From a virus (lineage: Duplodnaviria > Caudoviricetes), in IMG/VR virus record IMGVR_UViG_3300033407_000006, positions 1-64,000 of that record: a stretch of 64,000 nucleotides of DNA. One strand, written 5' to 3'. Both the position numbers and the translations under genes were made by a program. Numbering within the stretch: position 1 is the stretch's first letter; each line of letters begins with the position of its first letter. The notes under the pieces are model-generated. The model had not been told where the DNA came from and did no database searches. It saw only the letters and a program-made list of their open reading frames with translations. Shown here in pieces: positions 24,803-34,135 of this stretch.

Positions 24803-27283
24803 TCAATCGTTCCCTGCCAAAATCTTTTTGGCCCGCTCCAGCGCCTCGTTTCTCTCCCGGTCGCTGGCCTCTTCAACCGGCGTGTAATCGACCAAGTAGA
24901 AGAAGCAAACGGTATCGAAAAGGTCCGGGGATTTGATGCCCTGCGAGGCCATTTGATCCTTGGGAAGGATGGAGTAGCGGCCCTTTTCGTCCATCTTGTA
25001 AGGGATTTTGCTGCCCTGCTCCACGATCTTCTTGTTGCGGGGGATATGAATGCGCTGCTGCCTTAAGGCCTCCCTGGCCTGATACGAGGCGTAGGCCCGC
25101 AGGTTCTTGTATCGGCGCTTGTCGGTCTCCGAAAACGGCGGAAGGCCCCAATGGATTGTTTCGCACGGAACGCCCAGCTCTTCGAGCGTCAGGATGACGG
25201 TGCGACCCGGCCCGTCGCCGTCGATTGCAACGGTGATGTTGGGGAAGTCTTGAACCCGCTGATAGATCTCTCGGGCAAAGGCCAATTCGTCCTTGTCCAG
25301 GTATTCGACCGTCTCCACGATATCGACCTTGCGATCCGGGCCGTAGCCGCTCACTTTGGCGATGGACCAAACGGACGAATCCCGGAACTTCCCTTCAGCA
25401 ACGTCTGCGGTCAGAATCCAGCCCCAGGCCTCTTTGTGCTCAATCTGATTGGTCTGCGCATCCTCAAGCCATGATTTCGGAATGAGAAAGCCGCTCATGT
25501 TGTCGGGTAGCCGCCCCAGAACCTTGATCTGGTACTCAGGGCTGTGGTGCCCGCCGTACTCAATCAGCTTCATTTCGATGAATTCGCGGGTGACAAGCGG
25601 ACTTTCTTCGGAGTTGAGATTCAACGTCTTGTAAAGACTGGAGTTTTGCCCCCACGCGTCGGCAAAGTGACCGTTTGCCCGCGTCGGCTGCGAGACCATG
25701 ATATATCGGTTTCCGGCTTGGGTCAGGGCGCCGCGCAAAACGCCGTGAATGACATCATCCACGCCCGAGGCCTCATCCACCACGCACAGGTAATTTTCGT
25801 TGTGCTGGCCCGCCAGTGATTCCGGCTTGGACTTCGAGGCGGTACGGGGGATGACGTACCACGAATCTTTCCAGTGCTTGTTGAAGTACCGCTTTGTTTC
25901 CTTGACGAAGTGGCCCCGCTGGTAAGGGTTGATAGCCTCCACGTCGGCGATGACCTCATCCATGTACTTCCATACGCCCGTGCGGCACTGGTCGATGCTG
26001 TTTGCGGTCAATAGGGCGTTGCTCAAGGGGTAAACGCGAAGATGCCAATCGAAGAGCCAAGCGAGCAGAAAGGTCTTGCCGGTATTATGAAGAACGGTGA
26101 AGTCTCCACCAAGAAATTTGCTGTTTCCGTCGAGGATGAAGCCGTAATAGTCACCTTCGCCTAGTGGAGCGCAGCTTCTTATCCCGAAATTAAGGTTGGG
26201 CCGGTTCTTGTTTCTATCTATCGGTTTCCTTCTTTCTACTCGGACAGGTATCTTGTCGATATTTCTGCCTATGTTGATCCGCCAATAATCTCCCACCGCT
26301 CCGGTGTTGCAGCATTTTTTTCGAGTCTTATTAACTGTAGCATGACAACCAATCGATTTAGCCAGCCACACAATATCTCTTGCGAATCTTTCGCTCTTTT
26401 GAACAACGTCGAATGCTGTGCCCGCGCTTGCTAAAAACCCATCAGTATCAATAATGCCAGCCAAAAGCTCTAGCCTGTCTTGGTATGGCGCAAGCAAGTA
26501 TTTTTTAGGTATGTGCAGTTCATCTGTTAAACCATGTGCTCGAAGAGTTTCGATGAATGGATTGGCCCTCCCTTTTCCTATCCCAATGTGCCACATCCTG
26601 GCTTTGCCGCTCGCCCCCCAATAGGTAAGCCTGTAGCCCTTAGAAACTGCATACCGGCCCCATGCCTCGCTTACTTCTCTATCTGGTGTCGTTATCGTTG
26701 GCGTGTGAATATGTCCATCTCCTAGCCAGAGTCCGAGTATATATGCCGGGATCGGTAGCTCTTCGGGCTCCCAGCCGAAATCATTTACACTCGCCCTGTA
26801 GACAGCATGGCAACGCTTTCTATCGGCTCCCCATTGCAGCCAATCCCTAACCGTCACCTCAGTTTTCTCTCCAGACTCTCTGCGGCCTTTTGAGTTTGTT
26901 GCGACAAGGCAAAGGATATGACTTTCGTTGAAGACGTGGCTAGACCCGTCGTTGTAGGTGAAGCGATACAGCGCCTCCCGGCCACGTTTTAGCGCCAAGA
27001 CGTTTCGCGGCGTACCGTCATCGCCCATAAGGATGTCGCCCACATTCACGCTCTCAACCGGCTTTATCTCGCCGCTATGCAGCATGATTTCGGTTCCAAG
27101 GCCGAAGCAGCCGTGCCCGGACGCTACCGCAACCTGGGCCCCGTGCTCCTGCGCCAAGCGAATGAAATCCTCCTGCTGCCAGGACATCCGCTGTCGACAA
27201 TGGTGATCGACGTAATCCATGAGGTTGTTACGGTAGCGGGCGCAGAAATCGATGTAATCGGGATTGGAAAAGAGGGTGCTCAT
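24803..27283 (-). CDS. pacB: Terminase large subunit with intein
   Basis: Split Walker A 'ASGHG/TGKT', Walker B 'VVDEASGV', RuvC-like 'TADVAEG'; 484 aa after splicing. Confidence 0.92.
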   Translation of the reverse strand: MSTLFSNPDYIDFCARYRNNLMDYVDHHCRQRMSWQQEDFIRLAQEHGAQVAVASGHGCFGLGTEIMLHSGEIKPVESVNVGDILMGDDGTPRNVLALKRGREALYRFTYNDGSSHVFNESHILCLVATNSKGRRESGEKTEVTVRDWLQWGADRKRCHAVYRASVNDFGWEPEELPIPAYILGLWLGDGHIHTPTITTPDREVSEAWGRYAVSKGYRLTYWGASGKARMWHIGIGKGRANPFIETLRAHGLTDELHIPKKYLLAPYQDRLELLAGIIDTDGFLASAGTAFDVVQKSERFARDIVWLAKSIGCHATVNKTRKKCCNTGAVGDYWRINIGRNIDKIPVRVERRKPIDRNKNRPNLNFGIRSCAPLGEGDYYGFILDGNSKFLGGDFTVLHNTGKTFLLAWLFDWHLRVYPLSNALLTANSIDQCRTGVWKYMDEVIADVEAINPYQRGHFVKETKRYFNKHWKDSWYVIPRTASKSKPESLAGQHNENYLCVVDEASGVDDVIHGVLRGALTQAGNRYIMVSQPTRANGHFADAWGQNSSLYKTLNLNSEESPLVTREFIEMKLIEYGGHHSPEYQIKVLGRLPDNMSGFLIPKSWLEDAQTNQIEHKEAWGWILTADVAEGKFRDSSVWSIAKVSGYGPDRKVDIVETVEYLDKDELAFAREIYQRVQDFPNITVAIDGDGPGRTVILTLEELGVPCETIHWGLPPFSETDKRRYKNLRAYASYQAREALRQQRIHIPRNKKIVEQGSKIPYKMDEKGRYSILPKDQMASQGIKSPDLFDTVCFFYLVDYTPVEEASDRERNEALERAKKILAGND
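26084..27109 (-). mobile_element. Intein (342 aa) with LAGLIDADG homing endonuclease
   Basis: Starts CFGLGTEIML, ends VLHN before Thr; 'LGLWLGDG' and 'LAGIIDTDG'; lower GC. Confidence 0.93.
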
Positions 27284-27567
27284 AGATGCAGCCAAGGCTT
27301 TGCGGCGATATCGGGGATCAACTCCAGAAGCTCCCCTTCGGTTGCGATTGAAGCCTCGAACGATTCTCTTCCGGCATGGACGGCAACGCCCCGGCCCCCT
27401 TGCCGGTGATGTGCCGGGCAAAGGGGGATTCTCGGGGCGTTGCCGCGCTTTGAGCCACCGCGCCGGATATGGTGAATTTCAGCCGGTGACGTGCCGTAGC
27501 CGAGGCGGTGACAGGCCATGCAGCCGAACGAGGCGAGTTGCGAATCGGTGAAGTCTGTGTCGGTCAT
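27280..27567 (-). CDS. ref: Ref-like RecA-dependent HNH nuclease
   Basis: 'GCMAC...EIHH...IPLCPAHHR...VH'. Confidence 0.7.
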   Translation of the reverse strand: MTDTDFTDSQLASFGCMACHRLGYGTSPAEIHHIRRGGSKRGNAPRIPLCPAHHRQGGRGVAVHAGRESFEASIATEGELLELIPDIAAKPWLHL

Positions 27568-28196
27568 GTCGCGGCGGGAATATCTGCCAGGGCGAAGACG
27601 ATCCCCCGGCAGAATTGTTCATCCTCTTCCACGATGATAAAAGTTTTGTGAGGGATATCGGTCTCGAATTCCCAAAAGGGATCACCCAGGTCGTTCCAGA
27701 TAGCCTTGATCTTGGCCGCTTCTTCTTTCTGGCGGGAATACTGGCGGCACTCAGGGTTATGGCACTCGTTTCTGAGCAAGCCCTTGTCGGTCACAAAGAT
27801 TTCGGTGCCGTTGTAGGCGTCAACTTCGTCATCGATTGCTCCAAGGAGCCGGACAAGATCGTCGCTGTCGCCATGGACGATGACGATCCCGGCCTGCTTG
27901 GCCGCATCGATAATGAATTGCGGAACCATGTCGCGCCCGTATTCTGCGCCATAAAGATATCCTGCGATTTCCGTTGTGGTCATTGAATCCCCCCCCGCCC
28001 CGTAAGGCGCTCCGAGTTTGGAAGCAGCGGCATCCATCCTGCGCAGGTGCGTTTGCTGTTTTTTTTGCAGTTGGTTTATCACGCCAGAAGTGCCCTTGAC
28101 CCGCTCAAGCAATTCTATGGCGGCATGGGTCAATTCGAAATCTGTGTGTGCGCGTTGGAATTCAATGAGATGCTTTCTTCGCGTCTTAGCGTCCAT
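27564..28196 (-). CDS. Hypothetical protein, probable fusion of two small genes
   Basis: Internal Met after a G8 run; C-terminal 'VHGDSDDL..GAIDDE' phage family motif. Confidence 0.6.
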   Translation of the reverse strand: MDAKTRRKHLIEFQRAHTDFELTHAAIELLERVKGTSGVINQLQKKQQTHLRRMDAAASKLGAPYGAGGDSMTTTEIAGYLYGAEYGRDMVPQFIIDAAKQAGIVIVHGDSDDLVRLLGAIDDEVDAYNGTEIFVTDKGLLRNECHNPECRQYSRQKEEAAKIKAIWNDLGDPFWEFETDIPHKTFIIVEEDEQFCRGIVFALADIPAAT

Positions 28197-28205
28197 CGTC
28201 TCCTC

Positions 28206-28586
28206 CTAGATTTTCCGTTTCAACTCAATATCGAGAAGCCCCTTTTGATAGGCCTCCCGGATCTGTGCCGTCACCTCCTCGCGGCCCATTTCGACCGCAG
28301 AGACCCATGACGGTGTTGTTCCCATAGCCTTTGCCAGCTCCCGGACGGTCACATCCTCGGCTTCCCGCAACTTCGCCAGGACTTTGCCGTCGCTGTAATG
28401 CGGGCCGCGAGATATGGGCAGTTGCCCATACTTTTGCTCATATTGCTCATGGGTGAGGAATTCGTGCTTTCCGTCTTTGTTGACGTGGGTCATGACCTCA
28501 CCTCCATCAGCTTGCCGCAGCACTTCGGCGCTGTGCTGTCCTGAAAATACGGTATCCACGCCTTGCGAGTGCCGCACTTGGGACAT
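28206..28586 (-). CDS. XRE-family HTH protein (start uncertain)
   Basis: 'LREAEDVTVRELAKAMGTTPSWVSAVEMG'. Confidence 0.7.
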   Translation of the reverse strand: MSQVRHSQGVDTVFSGQHSAEVLRQADGGEVMTHVNKDGKHEFLTHEQYEQKYGQLPISRGPHYSDGKVLAKLREAEDVTVRELAKAMGTTPSWVSAVEMGREEVTAQIREAYQKGLLDIELKRKI

Positions 28587-28622
28587 TCGTACTCCTTGGG
28601 GCCGGTCAGGATTCCCACTTTC

Positions 28623-28898
28623 CTACTCATGGCTGGCCTGCGGCTGGTCCGTGCCGCCCTCTTCATGGCGCAAGACCTCTTCGGCCCGCGCCATGAAGTC
28701 GGCCATCATCTCCATGGTTTGCCGTGCCAGCCTGGGGTCTACGGGCAGTTGCACCCGGATCACCTTCTCACTCGCAAGGTTGTGGATAAGCGCCTGCCGT
28801 CTCATTCCTGCGGCAACGCCGACGTTGTAGGCCGTCACCACAAGGCCGATCAGGGCCACTACTGGAACTACCCAAGGTAAACAATTCATGGTCTTCAT
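28623..28898 (-). CDS. Membrane-anchored hypothetical protein
   Basis: N-terminal TM segment. Confidence 0.5.
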   Translation of the reverse strand: MKTMNCLPWVVPVVALIGLVVTAYNVGVAAGMRRQALIHNLASEKVIRVQLPVDPRLARQTMEMMADFMARAEEVLRHEEGGTDQPQASHE

Positions 28899-28941
28899 CA
28901 CTTCCCCTTGTCTGAATGCGTCTCGAACCGTGCCGGAATAC

Positions 28942-29172
28942 TCACAAGCTATCAGAACCTTTGCCACTTTCTTCCCCTCCCAATACGTCGAAAATGCTCA
29001 ACTGATTCAGGCCGTCGTTTATGCCGCCGCCGATCTTGGCCCTGCCGACACTCCCGCGCCGCCTCTTGGCGAACTCTCCGTGGGCCTTGAGCCAGCAGGT
29101 GCGGCCATAGCCCCGCTTGATGCTCTCGGCGTCCTTCAGCTCCCGGTGACAGAGATGACAACGCGGCTTCAT
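28942..29172 (-). CDS. DUF6011-like Zn-binding phage protein
   Basis: 'CHLCHRELKDAESIKRGYGRTC'. Confidence 0.6.
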   Translation of the reverse strand: MKPRCHLCHRELKDAESIKRGYGRTCWLKAHGEFAKRRRGSVGRAKIGGGINDGLNQLSIFDVLGGEESGKGSDSL

Positions 29173-29453
29173 CCCGGATACCTCCGGAGTTGCCCGTCGT
29201 CCGCTTCAGCTTTGGCGATCCGGCGGCTCAGGTAGGCATCTAAAGGAAGAGTCAAAGGAAGCAAGAGCAGATACAGCAACCAGAGAGCCGCCCGAGTAAA
29301 GCCGAGCCCGGCGCAGGACAGGCCGGCGACGACATCGCCCGCGCCCGCCAGCGCATCCTTGCCGCCGCTGAAGAACCAGATCCGCAGGCATTTACGGGCA
29401 TGCCACCGCAGGGGCTTGGCCGCGAGTTGTTTTGTGGTGAGATACTGCGCCAT
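29169..29453 (-). CDS. Small membrane protein
   Basis: Hydrophobic segments. Confidence 0.5.
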   Translation of the reverse strand: MAQYLTTKQLAAKPLRWHARKCLRIWFFSGGKDALAGAGDVVAGLSCAGLGFTRAALWLLYLLLLPLTLPLDAYLSRRIAKAEADDGQLRRYPG

Positions 29454-29462
29454 GGCTCCCTC

Positions 29463-30149
29463 TCAGTGGAAAAGTTGACCCTGTTTCAATTCGTCTTCGA
29501 TCCGCTTGCATGCCAAATCGAACGCCACCCGCCGGATCTCGCAGCCGATGAACTTTCGCCCGTTGGTCACGGCGGCAACGCCTGTTGTCGCCCGGCCCAT
29601 GCAGGGGTCAAAAATGGTTTCCCCCACGTCGGTGAAGTCGTGAACGAAGTGGCTCAGGAGAGACAGCGGTTTCTCTGTCGGGTAGAGCGCTCCCCTGGCG
29701 ACGGGTACGCTCCAGGTTCCCGCCTTGCCGCCACCGTTCCACCGCTTGCGGCCTTCCCGATGCAGGATTGCCACGGCCTCGAAACCTTGGCCCGGCCTGT
29801 CGCCGGAAATTTGCGGCGTCGGATTCGGCTTGACCCAGATCCCGTGCCGGACAAACTCGGGCCAATCGTACAGCAGCGGGATATGTTGGAAGTCGCAGGT
29901 GGAAACCACCCACCGCAGAGACACCCGCAGGAACTCCGCAAAGAACGTGGCGAATTCTTCGCCGCTGATGGAGCTAAAATCGATGAATTCCTCGGCCCCG
30001 GCCTTATTGGTCTTGGCGTTACTGTGCGTCCTGTTGTGGTACGGCACGTCGGTGATGATGTGATCAACGCTACCCTCTTCCCATGACGCCATCAGCTCCC
30101 GCGAGTCTCCCAGGTACAGCGTTGCGTCTCCGATAATTTCCTTTTCCAT
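29463..30149 (-). CDS. N6/N4 DNA methyltransferase (beta class), variant motifs
   Basis: 'LYLGD', 'ITDVPY', 'YPTEKP', 'FDPCMGRATTGVAA...RKFIGCE'. Confidence 0.8.
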   Translation of the reverse strand: MEKEIIGDATLYLGDSRELMASWEEGSVDHIITDVPYHNRTHSNAKTNKAGAEEFIDFSSISGEEFATFFAEFLRVSLRWVVSTCDFQHIPLLYDWPEFVRHGIWVKPNPTPQISGDRPGQGFEAVAILHREGRKRWNGGGKAGTWSVPVARGALYPTEKPLSLLSHFVHDFTDVGETIFDPCMGRATTGVAAVTNGRKFIGCEIRRVAFDLACKRIEDELKQGQLFH

Positions 30150-30171
30150 GTTCCCTCCTGTCGGTCCAAAC

Positions 30172-30206
30172 ACCTTAACATTGTGAATTTATCAACCCAC
30201 TCACTA
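30172..30206 (-). promoter_or_regulatory. Conserved phage promoter motif, copy 3
   Basis: TAGTGAGTGGGTTGATAAATTC-N4-TG-T-TAAGGT. Confidence 0.65.
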
Positions 30207-30237
30207 AACGATGTCAGGAGAGAAAAAACAAAAAAAA

Positions 30238-30603
30238 TCAGGCCCGATACCATTTGCCATCCCGCCAATGAAAAGGGGCCGGGGCCGTGCCGCCGCGCTT
30301 GGCCTTGTCCACCCAGCGGCGATGCACGGCGCTACAGGTTTTGCACATGCGATATCTGGAGTTCCCGTCGAAGAAATCCCCGTCGCAGCCGACAACGGTG
30401 CAGGGCGTCATCTGCATGCGGCTGATGGAGCCGAAAGTGACTTCCCGCGTCATCTTGCTGGAGACCTCCTGCTCCACGCGCCAGCTACAGAGGCGGCAGC
30501 GCACGACTCGCACCAGAATCATCGCTTCGGTCAGGTAATCGTCTTCCACCACAAGGTTTGACCCTGGGGCCCGGCATTTACCGCAAGCGCAATCACCGGC
30601 CAT
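30238..30603 (-). CDS. Cys-rich Zn-binding hypothetical protein
   Basis: CGKC, CRLC, CTVVGC, CKTC. Confidence 0.55.
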   Translation of the reverse strand: MAGDCACGKCRAPGSNLVVEDDYLTEAMILVRVVRCRLCSWRVEQEVSSKMTREVTFGSISRMQMTPCTVVGCDGDFFDGNSRYRMCKTCSAVHRRWVDKAKRGGTAPAPFHWRDGKWYRA

Positions 30604-31513
30604 CGCCTTCCTCCCATTGCTCAGAGTCTTTGAGGCGGGCCTTGCTCTCTTCGATTTCGGCCCGGCGCTGGGGTACAAACTGCTCCCGCTGCTCTTCGCG
30701 GGCCTTTCGCATCTCGGCAGCCCGGCGCTCCAGCTCTTCCGTTGAAGGCGGCTTGGCGAACCTGTCTTCGAGGCCTTCTTCCTTCATGATCGCCAGTTCC
30801 AGCACCTTGGGCAGGGGCAGCCCCAGGCAAGCGAACTCGAAGCCGCCTTCCTTGGCCGTGATCTCCCCGCTCTGAACCCGTCGCAGGATCTTGGCCTGGG
30901 CATCGGTGACGCGCTGGTGCGCCTCGCTGAAGAGCTTCTGATACCGACCCATCATCTCGCGGGCCTTCTGAACGTCGTGGGCCTTCACCTTGACTTTGCG
31001 GACCCGGCCCAGGACGGGATTGCCTTCGGCGTCGGTGTCGATTTCCTCCAACACCTCTTCCACGTCGATTTCCCGGATCTGGGCAAGCTGGTCCGGGGTC
31101 GCCTTCTTCAGGTTGAGGATCGGCATGCCGCGCTCGTCCACGTCGAAGAAATCGAACATGCTGGCCCGCGCCGTATTGGAAATCAGGCGCAAATTCTCAT
31201 CAATGGTAAGAATCGCCTCTTTTTCCCGCCCGGCTATCAGTTCTTTCATGAGTTCTGCAACTTGAACCTTTTTAAACAAGGCGCTGGCCTTGGTCCCGGC
31301 AGAGCTTTTGGAGTAGTTGGTGTAGATTTTCAGATAAGCGTTGGTCATGGAAAGCGTCGGATCTTTGACGCGCTCCATGACGACAAGCCAATCCTTATGG
31401 GTAAGGCCGTAGCTGTTGCGTTTTACTGTAGGCTCTCGTTTTTTCTGGGTTTTTTTCTTCGCGGCAGGTTTTTTAGGCGCTGGTTTCGTGGCCCGTGCTT
31501 TCTTTTCAGTCAC
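30593..31513 (-). CDS. pacA: Terminase small subunit
   Basis: Terminase_2-like N-terminus ('ASMFDFF...AHDVQKAREMMGRYQKLF'); PacA-like C-terminus. Confidence 0.7.
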   Translation of the reverse strand: MTEKKARATKPAPKKPAAKKKTQKKREPTVKRNSYGLTHKDWLVVMERVKDPTLSMTNAYLKIYTNYSKSSAGTKASALFKKVQVAELMKELIAGREKEAILTIDENLRLISNTARASMFDFFDVDERGMPILNLKKATPDQLAQIREIDVEEVLEEIDTDAEGNPVLGRVRKVKVKAHDVQKAREMMGRYQKLFSEAHQRVTDAQAKILRRVQSGEITAKEGGFEFACLGLPLPKVLELAIMKEEGLEDRFAKPPSTEELERRAAEMRKAREEQREQFVPQRRAEIEESKARLKDSEQWEEGDGR

Positions 31514-31706
31514 GGGCCCCTCCATCCACAAAGTCGAACCAGTTTTCTTTCCAGCGGTCCAGGTCCGTGACGCGCCCGCACCAGTGCCCTCCGATTTTGA
31601 CGATGGGGATGTCGAGCCGCGCCTTCCACTTCTTGACCCAAGTGGGGGATCTGCCGATATGGTCGGCGATTGCCACCATTCCCCAGATTTTGCCGTCGCG
31701 TGTCAT
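31506..31706 (-). CDS. Excisionase/AlpA-like HTH protein
   Basis: 'IADHIGRSPTWVKKW...IPIVKIGGHW'. Confidence 0.65.
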   Translation of the reverse strand: MTRDGKIWGMVAIADHIGRSPTWVKKWKARLDIPIVKIGGHWCGRVTDLDRWKENWFDFVDGGARD

Positions 31707-31926
31707 GCCTTCCTCCTTTTAAAGCCTTATTGCTGAATAACAATGAAAAATCAAGCACTTTTCCAGATTGAAATAACGCGGCGGTGCGCCAGCTTCCGTG
31801 TTGCTTTGCGGTATCCAATGCGGCGGATGATGCCCATGTGAGAGGCGGCAATGAACAGGCCGCCCCATGCGTTCGGGTGCGGCGGGTCGCCAACATTTCC
31901 TGCAATTTGCCATGAGCTACCCCCCT

Positions 31927-32991
31927 TTAGTCCGCGTTTTCGTACCACACTATGACGGGCAGCATCGGACTCGGTGCCGTGGTTCTGTATTCCAGAAACC
32001 TCTTGAACTTCTCGCGGAAGAGGTTGAGGCCGGTCTCGATAAGCGCCAGCTTCTCGGTGCAGACCGCCAGCCGCTCAAGCTCTTCGTCGTCAGCGGCCTT
32101 GTCGAGCACGACAGAAGGGGTCTTCATGCTCTTGATGTCGAAAGTTTCTGCGTCCAGGTTGAAGGACCAGACATCTTCCCCTTTTTCCATGACGATGTGC
32201 GCTTCGACAATCGACTTGCCCGCCAGGAGGGCAGACTTTATTTCGGTGAAGCTGAACTCGGGTCCACTCACGGCGACCTTGCCGCCGTCGTCTTTGAGGA
32301 CCACCTTTTCGCAGATGTACGCAGAGCCGTCGTTGTCGGTGTCCGTCTTCCATGCCAGCCACTTCAGGAACTCTGCTCCGAGGTTCGAGTTTTGAGAGAC
32401 GCGCAGCAGGTAATCATCGTCCTTGCTCCCCTCGTCCAGCCCGGCGGCTTTCTCGCCGAGCAGCTCGTAGGCGATATCAATCGGCGCGATGGGAACGAAT
32501 CTCAGGCCGGGCGCGGTCAATCGAAAGAGATCCGTCACCGTGTCGCACTCCCTGGCGGACGAGGTGAAAATCATGGCTGAAGTGCTGGAGATACAGAACT
32601 GCGTGACCTTCGCAATGGGGTAGGTTTTCGGCAGCAGTTCGGCGATCACCGCTTCGAGCATCGCCTCCTTCTTCCCCTTGGGAACACGCTTGAGGCCGGG
32701 GTGTTCTGCCAGGAAGGCCGCGCTTGCAGCCGCAAGGTGCCGCTTGACGACCGACGGGGGGATTTTCCGCCGGTCCTGGCGCATGGCGAACAGCCTGTTG
32801 TCTTCGTGGGTCAACCTGCTGAGTTCCGTGAAGCGCTCAGGGTCGAGCGGATCGACGAACCCGACGGATTCGGCTCTTGCCACCTCATCGATGGGCTGGA
32901 ATGCCAGTTGGGTGATGTTCTTGCCCTCCTGGGCATCTTCGGCGACGACGCGGTATTGCTTGATTGCAGTTTTGCTTTTGAACAGGCTCAT
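31927..32991 (-). CDS. rdgC: RdgC-like recombination-associated protein (P1 HrdC-like)
   Basis: 'ESVGFVDPL...MRQDRRKIP...WSFNLDAETF'. Confidence 0.75.
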   Translation of the reverse strand: MSLFKSKTAIKQYRVVAEDAQEGKNITQLAFQPIDEVARAESVGFVDPLDPERFTELSRLTHEDNRLFAMRQDRRKIPPSVVKRHLAAASAAFLAEHPGLKRVPKGKKEAMLEAVIAELLPKTYPIAKVTQFCISSTSAMIFTSSARECDTVTDLFRLTAPGLRFVPIAPIDIAYELLGEKAAGLDEGSKDDDYLLRVSQNSNLGAEFLKWLAWKTDTDNDGSAYICEKVVLKDDGGKVAVSGPEFSFTEIKSALLAGKSIVEAHIVMEKGEDVWSFNLDAETFDIKSMKTPSVVLDKAADDEELERLAVCTEKLALIETGLNLFREKFKRFLEYRTTAPSPMLPVIVWYENAD

Positions 32992-33003
32992 TTCTTCCCT
33001 CCG

Positions 33004-33339
33004 CTACACGGTTTTGATGATGACAGGGTACAGGTCTTCTACCTGGGCCCGCTTGAGTTTGAAGGTTTCGGTCTCAAATCCCTTGGTATCCACGAAATGA
33101 ACGGTGCCATCCGCGTGAAACTCTTGGAAATCGATGACGTACCGGATATTCCCCGGTAGATGAAAAGGCACTTGCCGCAGGAAGAAAAGAACCTCCCCGG
33201 CCTTCTGTCTTAGCTTCAGCTCGCTGTAGTACCGCGCCTCTTTCTTGGAATCGAAGCGGATGCCGTCAACGACAACGGCCTGTGCGGCGTACTTGCTTTT
33301 CTTCTGGCCCGTGAATTTGTGCCGGACGATTCTGGTCAC
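33004..33339 (-). CDS. DUF1064-like PD-(D/E)XK nuclease
   Basis: 'DGIRFDSKKEARYY...YVIDF...VDTKG'. Confidence 0.8.
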   Translation of the reverse strand: MTRIVRHKFTGQKKSKYAAQAVVVDGIRFDSKKEARYYSELKLRQKAGEVLFFLRQVPFHLPGNIRYVIDFQEFHADGTVHFVDTKGFETETFKLKRAQVEDLYPVIIKTV

Positions 33340-33351
33340 TTGAGCTGCCTT

Positions 33352-33735
33352 TCAGTGGATTGTCTTCGATTGTGGCACATTGAATTTGTCATCCCATTCA
33401 CTAAAATCGTGGTCCCTCGACAAATCTGCGCCGCGATTGATGCCGAAGTGCTCCGACGAATGGTATTTGCCGCGCCCGAGGAAAAAGCCGTTGAGCCCCT
33501 GGGTCTGGAGCTTGCGGAAAAACGTGGGGTAGGGCACGTCCATCAACTCCGCAGCCTTGCGGCGGGAATAGCCCTGTTGGGCGAGTTCCTGAACGGCGTC
33601 TTTATCCAGCAGCCGGGAAGCCTCCAAGCACTCGCGGGAACAATAGCGCTGGTGCATCCGGCTTTCGGTGACGTGGAATTTCTGCCTGCATCGCTCGTTC
33701 TCGCACTCAACGGCGTACCTTGTGTGTCTACGCAT
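33352..33735 (-). CDS. Zn/HTH hypothetical protein
   Basis: 'YCSREC', 'GYSRRKAAELMDVPYPTF'. Confidence 0.6.
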   Translation of the reverse strand: MRRHTRYAVECENERCRQKFHVTESRMHQRYCSRECLEASRLLDKDAVQELAQQGYSRRKAAELMDVPYPTFFRKLQTQGLNGFFLGRGKYHSSEHFGINRGADLSRDHDFSEWDDKFNVPQSKTIH

Positions 33736-34012
33736 CTCCCTGCCCCCTTCTGGTTTTCATGGACGCTGCCGCGCCGCGCCGGGCGTAGGTTCTCAGGGAC
33801 GTTGCCCATTTGCGGCCCGCTGGCTTCGATGACTTCTTCGCCAGCTTGTCCATGCTCTGCGCCTGGGTGCATCCGGCGCACAGCTCTCCGTTGTCTCCGT
33901 TGCGGTACTGCTCGCAGGCGAAGGGGGCGATCCTGGCGTTGTGCAGATCGCACTTGACCGCGTTTTTCTCCAACCATTCCTCCTGGTGCGTCTTGTCCAT
34001 GGTTCCCTCCAT
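33728..34012 (-). CDS. Cys-rich hypothetical protein
   Basis: 94 aa. Confidence 0.55.
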   Translation of the reverse strand: MEGTMDKTHQEEWLEKNAVKCDLHNARIAPFACEQYRNGDNGELCAGCTQAQSMDKLAKKSSKPAGRKWATSLRTYARRGAAASMKTRRGQGDA

Positions 34013-34135
34013 GTCAAAGTTTTGAAATTTCAGTTTTAAGGCCGATATTTTTTTCGGGCCCTTGCCTTGGTATGTCTTCCTCGGCCTTTTGCGGCCCTAG
34101 GGGTCATTCTGTGCCGACTGCGTTGATTTACGGTC

